From: a virus
Reading direction: 5' to 3' (one strand)
DNA: 64,000 nt
Virus record (IMG/VR): IMGVR_UViG_3300023202_000068
Location: 89,540 to 153,539 of that record
Shown here one piece after another: positions 1 through 9,091 of the stretch. Each line of letters opens with the position of its first letter. Position 1 is the first letter of the stretch. The translations under genes and the position numbers were made by a program. The notes under the pieces were generated by a model, which worked only from the letters and a program-made list of their open reading frames with translations, had not been told where the DNA came from and did not search any database.

Positions 1-2
1 GA

Positions 3-398
3 CGTAAATACGTTAGAGTGGAAAAGCCAGACAAGCCTAATTGGAAAAAGTTTTTTGATAAAATGGTAGATGACCCAGTCAATACTTGGTGTTCTGAACT
101 TATTACAATGATGTCTGACAGATACCCAATTGTATATGCTACGGGAAGACCTGCAGACTACGAGTTTGAAACCAAGGGCTGGCTGGAGAAGAACGGACTT
201 ATGCTAGGTGGGGCAAAACTATTCATGCGTGAAGCCGGAGATTATAGGTCAGATCGCATCGTTAAGCAAAACATATTGGATTTTGAAATCAAAACAAGGT
301 ATGATATATTGTTTGTAGTAGACGACAGGAAGCAAGTTGTCGATATGTGGCGCGATAATAGTTACACAGTACTACAGTGTGCGGAAGGGAATTTTTAA
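3..398 (+). CDS. pseT: Polynucleotide kinase/3'-phosphatase, HAD phosphatase domain (5'-truncated by window edge)
   Basis: Frame open from base 3; motifs TGRP, LFMR..GD.R.D..VK and VDDRKQVVDMWR..VLQC as in the T4 PNK C-terminal phosphatase; RNA ligase nearby. Confidence 0.85.
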   Translation, partial: RKYVRVEKPDKPNWKKFFDKMVDDPVNTWCSELITMMSDRYPIVYATGRPADYEFETKGWLEKNGLMLGGAKLFMREAGDYRSDRIVKQNILDFEIKTRYDILFVVDDRKQVVDMWRDNSYTVLQCAEGNF

Positions 399-670
399 TG
401 AGTAAAAAAGATAACGAAGAATATTGGTATATAGATGAGACAGCAGGTGACGCTCGTAAATTTTTAGAGTTCGCAAGAAAACAACTTAAAAATACAACTC
501 ACAGGGGTATTTTGTATATCGGGAGTAGCCAAGAAGAAAGTTCTTTCCTTAAAGAGGCAGCTCGTCACTTCGACAATATGACCAAGCCTAATTCTTACGA
601 GATCTTTGACCTTGTACATGAACAAGACGGAACCGCAAAAGGAAAAACATGCGATACTTACTACCTTTAA
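398..670 (+). CDS. Hypothetical protein
   Basis: ATG overlaps the upstream stop (TAATG); continuous operon packing. Confidence 0.6.
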   Translation: MSKKDNEEYWYIDETAGDARKFLEFARKQLKNTTHRGILYIGSSQEESSFLKEAARHFDNMTKPNSYEIFDLVHEQDGTAKGKTCDTYYL

Positions 671-897
671 TATTCTTACTAGCCGGATGCGATAAAGTTG
701 CCACAATAGAGCCAGCTAGTGAAATGACAATAATCAGAGCTACGTGTGCTATGAACGACTTTGACGGATTTCCAAAGAAAGTTACAGGCATTGTGACACT
801 ACAGCTAAAGGGTTTTTTAACCATTAGGGTGGACAATGAAGATAATTCAGAGCACGTAGAAATTACATTTCCTAAATCTAAATGCGGAGTTAAATAA
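649..897 (+). CDS. Small lipoprotein
   Basis: MRYLLPLIFLLAGC: short signal peptide ending in lipobox LAGC. Confidence 0.75.
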   Translation: MRYLLPLIFLLAGCDKVATIEPASEMTIIRATCAMNDFDGFPKKVTGIVTLQLKGFLTIRVDNEDNSEHVEITFPKSKCGVK

Positions 898-1220
898 TGC
901 AAAGCGAATTAATCGGAGCACTTCTAGAGACTATGGACTCAAAGATCTTTTCTTTGGTCCTACAGCTTATCGTGGTTGGTGCTATCTTTATGTGGCTAAA
1001 GGATTTTAACGGTCGTGTGGTGAACTATTTTAAACTGAGAATGTCTGAGTTTGGAAGGGGAACTAAGGTACGTATCGAGGGTATCGAAGGGTACGTAAGA
1101 CATATTGGCTTCAACGAAGTTGAAATAGTTATTAACGAAAATGAAACCCTTTTAATGCCTGTTTCTAGATTTATGTCTATCAGTAAGGTAATTATAGTGC
1201 AAGGTCCAGTGAAGCCGTGA
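897..1220 (+). CDS. Membrane protein with MscS-like beta domain (mini mechanosensitive-channel-like)
   Basis: One TM helix, then FGRGTKVRIEGIEGYVRHIGFNEVEI...LLMPVSRF, matching the MscS middle domain pattern. Confidence 0.6.
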   Translation: MQSELIGALLETMDSKIFSLVLQLIVVGAIFMWLKDFNGRVVNYFKLRMSEFGRGTKVRIEGIEGYVRHIGFNEVEIVINENETLLMPVSRFMSISKVIIVQGPVKP

Positions 1221-1561
1221 GATGGGAAAGGGGTAGGCAGGGTACAGGTTATTGGATATTTAAGATATTTAGTGTCTGGACCCTACATTGCGACTGTTAT
1301 TTAATTTACTACCCCACTGGCAGCTACATCCCACCGCATAAAGACCCTGCAATTGACGGGTATGAGCACCACAGAATTAACATTGTCTTGAGACAAGCTG
1401 ATAAGGGCGGCTGGTTTTGGGTTAGACAGGGTTTTGGCGTAGGCACTACGGATCGCAGTATCGTAAGGTTTAGACCAGACATACAAGAGCACAGTGTTGA
1501 TAGAGTTTTAGAAGGGTCAAGGTTAGTATTTTCCTTTGGTTGGCTTAGAAAGGCAGTGTGA
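1217..1561 (+). CDS. 2OG-Fe(II) oxygenase superfamily protein
   Basis: YPTGSYIPPHKD (HxD), distal HSV and R.V.SFG motif. Confidence 0.8.
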   Translation: MRWERGRQGTGYWIFKIFSVWTLHCDCYLIYYPTGSYIPPHKDPAIDGYEHHRINIVLRQADKGGWFWVRQGFGVGTTDRSIVRFRPDIQEHSVDRVLEGSRLVFSFGWLRKAV

Positions 1562-1731
1562 TGTTTAAAAGCTACTGGTTAATTGGTGTCAACCCTTCAG
1601 GTTGTGAGCATTTTGAGATTATCAACACACTACACAGCTATGATGGTAACTTTACATACCGTAGATGGTCAAAAATCTTTGAACTGTTTGGTCGTGGCTT
1701 TTATTTAAGAGGAAGGTTGTTTCGTGAATAA
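1561..1731 (+). CDS. Small hypothetical protein (56 aa, not in ORF track)
   Basis: TGATG overlap with upstream gene; MFKSYWLIGV...RGRLFRE fills the gap to the next gene. Confidence 0.5.
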   Translation: MFKSYWLIGVNPSGCEHFEIINTLHSYDGNFTYRRWSKIFELFGRGFYLRGRLFRE

Positions 1732-2350
1732 AAATGTATTTTTTACTTCGGACTGGCACATCGGGCACGATATGGTTATCAAGTATAGTAATCGTCCATT
1801 TAACGATTGTGAACATATGCACCGCGTACTTATTAACAACTATAACTCCACTGTAGGCAAGCACGATATTTGTTACTTCCTAGGTGATATCGGACTAGTT
1901 AACGGTGAGGTTATTAAAGAGGTGATATCTAAGCTCAACGGCACCAAGATATTAATTCAAGGCAATCACGATGCCAAGGGTAGACAGTTTTGGATGACTG
2001 CTGGGTTTGTCACGGTACTCCATTCAGCTTCCATCAGGGTAGCCAGAGAGACTGTTACGATGTCTCACTGTCCACTCCAAGGCCTATATAGAGAGGACAC
2101 GTCACAGATGCGTAATGGCGGTGAAAACTGGCATGGTGAGGCTAAACACATTAGGAATGGCTTTTCCCTACCAGATTTTGGCCAGTTCCACCTGCACGGT
2201 CACATACATAGTCCAAACGGCGGTAAGTCCAAGAGAATACTGGGAAAACAGTTTGATGTAGGCGTTGATGCAAATAAGTATAGACCCGTGTCGATTTCTG
2301 AGATAGAATCATGGGTAGCAAAGACAAAAAAGGGAGATAGGGTTGTATAA
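1724..2350 (+). CDS. Calcineurin-like metallophosphoesterase
   Basis: SDWHIGH, LGD, GNHD, SHCP and HGHIH motifs. Confidence 0.9.
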   Translation: MNKNVFFTSDWHIGHDMVIKYSNRPFNDCEHMHRVLINNYNSTVGKHDICYFLGDIGLVNGEVIKEVISKLNGTKILIQGNHDAKGRQFWMTAGFVTVLHSASIRVARETVTMSHCPLQGLYREDTSQMRNGGENWHGEAKHIRNGFSLPDFGQFHLHGHIHSPNGGKSKRILGKQFDVGVDANKYRPVSISEIESWVAKTKKGDRVV

Positions 2351-3431
2351 TCCAAACTTTGAAGCTTTAGATAGACTGCATGAGGAAGGATACTTACGTA
2401 AGTTTGTATCTAGCTGCGGTAGGCTTTTTGGTTACAACTACACAGACAAGTGTGTTTATGACAGGCATTGGAATAAGCATACTTTGAATGCGCGTGGAAC
2501 TGTTTATGAAAAAAGTACAGGAAAGGTTGTAGCCAGAGCATTTCCAAAGTTTTTTAACTTTGAAGAGCTGGCTGTTTCAAAGCAACGCGCTCTGTTAAAA
2601 GAAAAAGACTTCTATGCCTTTTGGAAAGAAGACGGTTCTCTAGGGGTTATGTATTTTTATGACGGCGATTGGCACATTAATACTCGCGGATCATTTAACT
2701 CAGAGCAAGCGGTTGAAGCTGAAAAGATTATGGAAAAATATGACTTCCACAAGCTTGATCAAACTTACACTTATCTTGTAGAAATTGTATATCCAGAGAA
2801 TAGAATTATTATGGATTATGGAGATACCAGACAGCTAGTAATGCTAACTGCGATTCACACTAGTACTGGTGTGGAAATGAAGCCTGGTGAGCTGCAGGTT
2901 TACGGCAACACCTTAAAGTTTCCAGTTTGCGACTCCCATCAGTTTGACAACATTGATCAAATAATACAGCACCAGCAAGATATGGGGAAGTTAGAAGAAG
3001 GCTACGTGGTCTTATTCCAATCTGGTGAGCGTGTAAAGTTTAAGTCCAAAGAATATATGAAACTAGCCGCTTTAATGTCGCACATGACACCTTTGCATTT
3101 TTGGAAGAATATGGTAGACGGTCGTTTTGACAAGGATTTTTTAGAGCAATTTCCAGAAGAAGTTAGACCAGAGGCTGATGAAATAGCTACTAAGTTAGTT
3201 CACAACTATCTATTTACTAAAAATGAAATAATTGAAGACTTCGTTGATTTAGATGAGGTTAATGGCTTCTTTCTTAAGGAAAATTACGACGGTAGTATAA
3301 AAAAATATTTAGGTTTGAACTTAGACCGATTTCGACATCCTAATGCTTTATTTTTAATATTAGATAATAATGAAGAAAAATTAGATAAGTATATTATGAA
3401 GCGAATTAGACCTAAGGCGAATGAGCTGTAA
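2343..3431 (+). CDS. rnlA: RNA ligase, T4 Rnl1 family
   Basis: ARG, FPKFFN, KEDGSL (adenylated Lys), TRGSF, EGYVV, RVKFKS. Confidence 0.9.
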   Translation: MYNPNFEALDRLHEEGYLRKFVSSCGRLFGYNYTDKCVYDRHWNKHTLNARGTVYEKSTGKVVARAFPKFFNFEELAVSKQRALLKEKDFYAFWKEDGSLGVMYFYDGDWHINTRGSFNSEQAVEAEKIMEKYDFHKLDQTYTYLVEIVYPENRIIMDYGDTRQLVMLTAIHTSTGVEMKPGELQVYGNTLKFPVCDSHQFDNIDQIIQHQQDMGKLEEGYVVLFQSGERVKFKSKEYMKLAALMSHMTPLHFWKNMVDGRFDKDFLEQFPEEVRPEADEIATKLVHNYLFTKNEIIEDFVDLDEVNGFFLKENYDGSIKKYLGLNLDRFRHPNALFLILDNNEEKLDKYIMKRIRPKANEL

Positions 3432-3441
3432 GGAGAAGTTA

Positions 3442-3819
3442 ATGAGTTTAGATATTACACTTAAAGGTAAAGAAATACCCTGTCCTGAGTGCTCTAGGTG
3501 TTGGAGTTGTGATGGTACAGGCACAGTTAGAGAATCTTTATACGAAAGCAATATAACACATAATCTAACCACCATGGCAGAGCAAGCTGGGCTTTATAAG
3601 TTTATTTGGAGACCAGAGGAAACTCACGTAACTCAAGCTGCTGACCTGATAAAGCCTTTACAAAAAGGCTTGAAGCTTTTAAAATCAGATAGAGCCCGAT
3701 TTGAGAAATTTAACCCAGAAAATGGGTGAGGTACATACGAGGGTTTAGTTGAATTTGTTGAGGCTTATTTAGCCGCATGTAAGGAAAACCCCAACACAAC
3801 AATTCATGCGTGCGGATAG
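3442..3819 (+). pseudogene. Hypothetical phage protein interrupted by an in-frame TGA at 3727-3729 (probable Trp codon)
   Basis: AAGGAG SD then ATG 3442; reads ...FNPENG*GTYEGLVEFVEAYLAACKENP...CG then TAG 3817-3819; fills the gap to the next gene. Confidence 0.65.
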
Positions 3820-3833
3820 ACTAGGAGATTAAG

Positions 3834-4604
3834 TTGATCATTATAGGCGATGTGCATGGAAATTTTAAAACTATGGAAGCTTTGCTCCAAAAAATTCCAA
3901 CTGAGGAATTAAAAAAGGGAGTGGTGTTCGTAGGAGATCTTATTGATCGTGGACCCATGTCTGCTGATGTGGTTGAGTTTGTAAGGACTACAGACTGGGC
4001 TCAAACTGTGCGTGGAAATCACGAGCAAATGATGATTGACGAGGGTTTAAAAGAAGCCGCGCATTTTATGAGAAACGGTACTTTCAATATGCATGTTAAT
4101 CAATACGGTGTTTACAGTAGCTTGTGGTTGGTAAATGGCGGCAAGGAAACCCTAGAGTCTTATGTCGATATTGATGAAGATACAAAAAGACCTGTATTTG
4201 ATATGGATGTTTTTATAGACCACACTGAGTGGTTAAAAAACTTACCTCTTTACTTGGAGTTTAAAGATGTTAAAAATGACAAAGGAGAGCACCTACTGGT
4301 CTCTCATTCTTCTGCTGGCACAGTGTGGAAGTGGAGCCCTGAAAGACGCAAAACAAACGCTAAGCAATTTGCTGCTCACCTTACTTGGGGTAGGCCTCGT
4401 CAGTTCAAGCCAATTGATAATATTTACAATGTGTTTGGGCATACTCCTGTTCCAAACGGTCCTAGACTTAAAAGCTTCTATGCAAATGTAGACACCGGAG
4501 CTTTTTATAAAGAACAATCGGGATATTTTAAGTTGACAGCTTTACAATTTCCTGAGATGATAGTCTACGAACAGGAAAATATAGATGATATTAGATACAG
4601 ATAA
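3834..4604 (+). CDS. Ser/Thr protein phosphatase, PPP family (lambda NinI/ApaH-like)
   Basis: GDVHG, GDLIDRG, RGNHE, NGG.ET, FGHTP, DTGA. Confidence 0.9.
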   Translation: MIIIGDVHGNFKTMEALLQKIPTEELKKGVVFVGDLIDRGPMSADVVEFVRTTDWAQTVRGNHEQMMIDEGLKEAAHFMRNGTFNMHVNQYGVYSSLWLVNGGKETLESYVDIDEDTKRPVFDMDVFIDHTEWLKNLPLYLEFKDVKNDKGEHLLVSHSSAGTVWKWSPERRKTNAKQFAAHLTWGRPRQFKPIDNIYNVFGHTPVPNGPRLKSFYANVDTGAFYKEQSGYFKLTALQFPEMIVYEQENIDDIRYR

Positions 4605-5211
4605 AAAGACATTAGAGTTTCATGAGTTTGAGGTCAAGTTTAGACTTGACGAATCTAAACTTAATGATTGGAAGCAACTCATAAGAGATTATGCTAATTC
4701 CGACGGTAGTGGATATAAAGACTTTGTCTACGTTGATTCTGACGACATATATTTTACTCGTGAATCTACTTCCGAAGATGTTGATTATGAATTTATCAGA
4801 TATCGCTTTTCAGATGGAGAAAAGCGTGCAGAACTTACAACAAAAAGAAAGTTGAAAGACAGTAACAATATTATTCGCAAAGAGCAGAACGTGCGAGTAG
4901 ACAATAATGATAGGGAAACAATACATGAATTTGTCACGGATGGTCTTGGCTTCGATTATAATTTTCGTATTACTAAGTATGTCCAAATTTATATTTTTAA
5001 GGACGCTACACTCCCTTTTTATACGGTTGTGGACGAAAATAAAAAGCGCGACACTTTTGTCGAAATTGAAGTCGATGAGAAACTTTTACACAGCATAACT
5101 GAAGAAGAAGCTTGGGCTATTATTAATAAGTACGAAAAGCTTCTAGAGCCTTTGGGGATTACACCTAGAAACAGACTTCGTAAGTCTTTGTTTGAGATGT
5201 ATAAGCGATAA
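4585..5211 (+). CDS. CYTH / triphosphate tunnel metalloenzyme domain protein
   Basis: N-terminal EFEVKF (ExExK), D.YF, IRYR, LTTK, FVEIEV. Confidence 0.8.
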   Translation: MILDTDKKTLEFHEFEVKFRLDESKLNDWKQLIRDYANSDGSGYKDFVYVDSDDIYFTRESTSEDVDYEFIRYRFSDGEKRAELTTKRKLKDSNNIIRKEQNVRVDNNDRETIHEFVTDGLGFDYNFRITKYVQIYIFKDATLPFYTVVDENKKRDTFVEIEVDEKLLHSITEEEAWAIINKYEKLLEPLGITPRNRLRKSLFEMYKR

Positions 5212-5314
5212 CATAGACTATATTGCACACTAAGATTTGTAAGTGACAGTGTATTGATTTTCATGGTAATTATTTTGAATCGATGAGTGCGGAAAAGTAG
5301 TAAAGATACGGACG

Positions 5315-5899
5315 ATGATGGTACAAAAACATATAGATAATATAGGTAAGTCCTATGGCTGGTTAACAATTTTAGGTGTCAGTCGCAATAAATATTACAA
5401 ATATACGTGTATATGTGAGTGCGGTAATTTGTCACAGCCCAACGCACACGCTGTATTAAATGGCTCGACAATTAGTTGTGGGTGTTATTGGGAATACAGT
5501 GTTCGTGGTGAAAAGAAAAATAAGCCTAGAAGTGATATAAAATATGGCAAAAAATCTTCTGCAGCCAATTATGTATTTCACACTTACAAGAGAAACGCTA
5601 GTAAAAGAGGTTTGATCTTTATGTTAAATAAAGATCAATTTGTTGATTTAATTGTTAAAGACTGTTGTTATTGTGGATGTAGTCCCCAGCAGGCTTCTAG
5701 GTATTGGGGTAAGGATAAAAGCCCTAAATTTATTTACAATGGTGTGGACAGGGTGGATAATAATCTAGGATACACGTTAGATAATTGCGTGGCTTGTTGT
5801 AATACCTGCAACAAAGCCAAGAGCGATAAGAGTTTAGAAGAATTCAAAGACTGGATTTGTAATTTAATAAATTTTTATAAAGGAGCAAAAATTGAATAA
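5315..5899 (+). CDS. HNH homing endonuclease (free-standing)
   Basis: CICECG, SCGC, CCYCG, NGVDRVDNNLGY..DNCVACCNTCNKAK. Confidence 0.85.
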   Translation: MMVQKHIDNIGKSYGWLTILGVSRNKYYKYTCICECGNLSQPNAHAVLNGSTISCGCYWEYSVRGEKKNKPRSDIKYGKKSSAANYVFHTYKRNASKRGLIFMLNKDQFVDLIVKDCCYCGCSPQQASRYWGKDKSPKFIYNGVDRVDNNLGYTLDNCVACCNTCNKAKSDKSLEEFKDWICNLINFYKGAKIE

Positions 5900-6539
5900 A
5901 AATAAAAAAACTATTCGCTTGGAAGTAGAAGGAACTGACGGTGCTGGAAAAACTACAGCGTTAAAATATGTTTTAGAAAAACTACAGCAAGCAGAGTCTA
6001 GGGTACTTGAGACTCGCGAGGTTGGGTCACCACTTATCCCAAGCTGTGTTGAACTTAGAAAACTTGTATTGAATCCAGAGTCAAATCTATCAGGATCTGC
6101 AATGGAACTTATCTTTGCCGCCATGCGCGTTGAAAATGATCGTTTTTACGAAAAAGTTTCAAATCAGTATGACTTTATCTTGTCTGATCGAGGTTGGTTT
6201 TCTCACCTTGCTTACACTGACCATAATGTCAGCGAAGATTTTACAAAAGAGTTTTACGTAGATTTTCTTGAAGACATCACAACACTTCCAGACGTTGTCC
6301 TTTACTTAAGAGTTGATGGTGAGACAGCACTTCAGAGAAGAATTCGCAGAGGTGAAGAGGCTGATGTGATTGAACTTAAAGGCCCTGAGTACCAAGAGCT
6401 TGTTAGAGGTTCTTTTGAGAAATACCTCAATCATTACAGTGACGTACAGATTATTGAAATTGACGCTACTCAAGATCTTGACAATGTAAAGAAACAGCTT
6501 GACAATGCTGTTGAGAAATTGTTACAATTAAAGTCATAG
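5892..6539 (+). CDS. tmk: Thymidylate (dTMP) kinase
   Basis: EGTDGAGKTT P-loop, TRE.G, SDR, PDVVLYL..D.ETAL.RI. Confidence 0.9.
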   Translation: MNKNKKTIRLEVEGTDGAGKTTALKYVLEKLQQAESRVLETREVGSPLIPSCVELRKLVLNPESNLSGSAMELIFAAMRVENDRFYEKVSNQYDFILSDRGWFSHLAYTDHNVSEDFTKEFYVDFLEDITTLPDVVLYLRVDGETALQRRIRRGEEADVIELKGPEYQELVRGSFEKYLNHYSDVQIIEIDATQDLDNVKKQLDNAVEKLLQLKS

Positions 6540-6549
6540 GAGGTGCCAT

Positions 6550-6867
6550 ATGGCCAAGGGGATGACTGCAGCAGACATTGCTGATAAGATTATTGAGAAG
6601 AAACTTAAAGAGGAAAGATCAGCCTACGCAAGCCTGAGAGATCAGTGTGTCGCGGCGATTGACGGGATGATTGACGAACTTGGCTCTGAGGTTGAAATAG
6701 AGCTTTCAGATCGTCACATGCTCGCTCTAACTAAAGTTACAGAAGAGATGCGAGACCTAGGGTATAAATTTGCCTTTATTGAGGTTCAAGACTCTAGTGG
6801 GAACATCAAAGGTCATAAACTTAGAATTTCTATCAAACATGCAATGGGAGCGGATCTTAATGGATAA
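6550..6867 (+). CDS. Hypothetical protein
   Basis: Strong SD AGGAGGT; 105 aa ORF. Confidence 0.7.
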   Translation: MAKGMTAADIADKIIEKKLKEERSAYASLRDQCVAAIDGMIDELGSEVEIELSDRHMLALTKVTEEMRDLGYKFAFIEVQDSSGNIKGHKLRISIKHAMGADLNG

Positions 6868-7258
6868 TAAAACTTATTTAAAATCAGCATTGAGAACTAA
6901 TAACCCAGATGAAGCTGGGATTCACAATAGACTTGTCGTTCCACAGGATATGTCTAAGAGGCAATCGCTTGACTTGTTGCACGCCTCTATGGGTTTAGTC
7001 ACAGAAGCTGGTGAGTTCCAAGACATGTTGAAGAAGCACGTATATTACGGAAAAGAACTAGATACTGTAAATTTAAAGGAAGAGATTGGAGATATACTTT
7101 GGTACTGCGCCATTGCTCTTAACGCTTTAGACAGTTCTTTTGAAGAAGTTATGGAGACTAATATAAATAAGCTTAAAGCTAGATATCCTGAAAAATTTAC
7201 ATCAGATAAGGCAATAAACAGAGATCTAGCAAAAGAGCGCAAGATTCTCGAAGAGTAG
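6860..7258 (+). CDS. MazG-like nucleotide pyrophosphohydrolase
   Basis: GLVTEAGEFQDMLKK...LKEEIGDILWY...N..KLKARYP; ATG at 6860 overlaps upstream gene end. Confidence 0.88.
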   Translation: MDNKTYLKSALRTNNPDEAGIHNRLVVPQDMSKRQSLDLLHASMGLVTEAGEFQDMLKKHVYYGKELDTVNLKEEIGDILWYCAIALNALDSSFEEVMETNINKLKARYPEKFTSDKAINRDLAKERKILEE

Positions 7259-7269
7259 CAATCTTTAAA
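7259..7269 (+). promoter_or_regulatory. Putative phage late-promoter motif CAATCTTTAAA
   Basis: Occupies the 13-bp intergenic gap; the same core recurs before other virion genes. Confidence 0.55.
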
Positions 7270-7271
7270 CT

Positions 7272-8648
7272 ATGGCGCTTACTCAAGATGACAGGATCTC
7301 CATTTCTAAAAAGATCATTGATATTCCAAGGGAAAACGAGACAGCCGAAGGCTTGAAAGACCAGCTCGAACTACAAAGGGTTGAGCTGGAAAAACAAGAT
7401 AACGGCAACAAGTCCCTTCAAGATGATCAGACTGCACTGGTAAACGACTATCAGGCTGAGTTGTCGCGCTATGACGGCAACGGCAGGACTGAGGTGACAG
7501 AGCAAGACATGTTAGATTCTGCTAATCGCATTATCCAATGTCCATTTTTTCCAAACGATAATCAGACCTCACTTCCATCAATACCAGACGGGGTGTGGAA
7601 GTCCTTTGTACCTTTTGCTGGCGGCTTAGGGATTGGTAGGGACTATTTAGAGGCCTTTAGTACTGTTACTAGGGAACAAGACCTCATAGACGATATTAAC
7701 GATCAGATAGTCATTGTGGAGGCTGAGAACGCTGCTACCAGAAGCACGGGAGATTCGTGTGTAGGAGGTGGAACTTGTAGCCTACCTATCTATACCAATC
7801 AAACAGACTGTCAAGACAATGGCGGTACGTGGACTCCAGGTGGTCCAGACTTTATCGGTCCAGACGCACAAATGCAGCAGGCTGCGACTGATTTAAAAAA
7901 CGCCGTTCAAGCGTGGGAAGATTTTCTTAACGGCACTCTCGGTGTAATTCCTACAGACACAGACGCAGGCAGGCAAGTAGAAAACGATGCGTCAACCACT
8001 TCGGCTAACAGTGCAATATCTGATATTGACACTTGGCAAGCCCTTCAAGACTTTGACACTACTACCTCTGTACCATCTACTTGTGCTAGCTTTAACTCAA
8101 AGCCTGCAGGCGATTTTACCCCAAGTAAGTTTAGAGCTGATGAGCTTCAGACAATTAAAGACGCTATCGCAGCACGTGAGGCTTTCTTTCCAACACGTAC
8201 AGGTCAAATAAATGGCCACTTGGGTACGGTTGTACAAGATAGTAGTTCTGGTGAGATTACATCAGCAACTGGTTTTTACGGGACAAGGTTTAGATTTATT
8301 GATATGAGATTGAACGGTATGGCTGGTTCACTTTCTAAACTTAGAGGTTTGGAGCGCGGTCAAGACGCTCAGCAATCTTTGCAAAACTCCAACAACAGCG
8401 CAGGTATAGCTTTAACTACAGTCATGACTGCTAGTCAGTTTAGAGCACCTGCAACTAATACTTCTACAATCCACGTGTTAGACGGATCTGGTTTTTCACC
8501 TGGCGACTCTGCATATGTAACGTCAAACTCTCAGGCAGAAATACCTGTGGTAATCCAGACAGTTAGTGGAAATAGAATTGTGTTGGATGTAAATATTCCA
8601 GAAAAATATAGGCACACTGAAGGTGCCAGACTATATAAAGTTCTTTAG
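7272..8648 (+). CDS. Probable virion structural protein
   Basis: Acidic, T/S/G-rich; C-terminal TIHVLDGSGF.PGD beta module resembles modules in the baseplate genes; preceded by the late-type motif. Confidence 0.55.
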   Translation: MALTQDDRISISKKIIDIPRENETAEGLKDQLELQRVELEKQDNGNKSLQDDQTALVNDYQAELSRYDGNGRTEVTEQDMLDSANRIIQCPFFPNDNQTSLPSIPDGVWKSFVPFAGGLGIGRDYLEAFSTVTREQDLIDDINDQIVIVEAENAATRSTGDSCVGGGTCSLPIYTNQTDCQDNGGTWTPGGPDFIGPDAQMQQAATDLKNAVQAWEDFLNGTLGVIPTDTDAGRQVENDASTTSANSAISDIDTWQALQDFDTTTSVPSTCASFNSKPAGDFTPSKFRADELQTIKDAIAAREAFFPTRTGQINGHLGTVVQDSSSGEITSATGFYGTRFRFIDMRLNGMAGSLSKLRGLERGQDAQQSLQNSNNSAGIALTTVMTASQFRAPATNTSTIHVLDGSGFSPGDSAYVTSNSQAEIPVVIQTVSGNRIVLDVNIPEKYRHTEGARLYKVL

Positions 8649-8933
8649 ATCTTCTAGGTCTTCTATTGAGGTAGCGGCTAGGTCGTGTGTGATAAATAAC
8701 ATGTGAGCTTCTATTCGGTTGTGAGCCTTTTCATACTCTTCTTTCGATGCATCTTCACCAGCTACTATTGATTGTTTTTTTAGCCGACTAGATTCCATCT
8801 TGCGCTTTCTCATATATTCTCTTTCAATATACTTACGCATTGTGTCTTTCAATTCTTTACTAGACATCTCAGAGTAGAAACCTTCGATTTCTAACTTATC
8901 TATGACTCCATCGACAATTTCTAGAGCGTTCAT
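8631..8933 (-). CDS. Hypothetical protein
   Basis: 100 aa ORF, last gene of a tightly packed minus-strand operon. Confidence 0.65.
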   Translation of the reverse strand: MNALEIVDGVIDKLEIEGFYSEMSSKELKDTMRKYIEREYMRKRKMESSRLKKQSIVAGEDASKEEYEKAHNRIEAHMLFITHDLAATSIEDLEDLKNFI

Positions 8934-9091
8934 CTGTTAGTCTTCTTAATTATAGCAGCACCGCACTTGTCACAGACAAAGTACTTACCCCTGTCTAGGA
9001 AGTTGTGTCCGGTAATACAGGGTTTACTTCTAAGTGCCATAAAAATGAAACTTGCAAGTACTGCATAAAAAAACATCACTGATAATTCCAC
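8930..9091 (-). CDS. Small membrane-anchored protein with C..GH...CxxC zinc-ribbon-like motif (53 aa, not in ORF track)
   Basis: GTG start; MELSVMFFYAVLASFIFMALRSKPCITGHNF...VCDKCG; ATGA overlap with next gene. Confidence 0.6.
   Translation of the reverse strand: MELSVMFFYAVLASFIFMALRSKPCITGHNFLDRGKYFVCDKCGAAIIKKTNR

Noticed and set aside
649-1220. Spanin pair or lysis cassette
   Set aside because: Order is reversed (lipoprotein first), the TM protein lacks a periplasmic coiled coil, and no endolysin is adjacent
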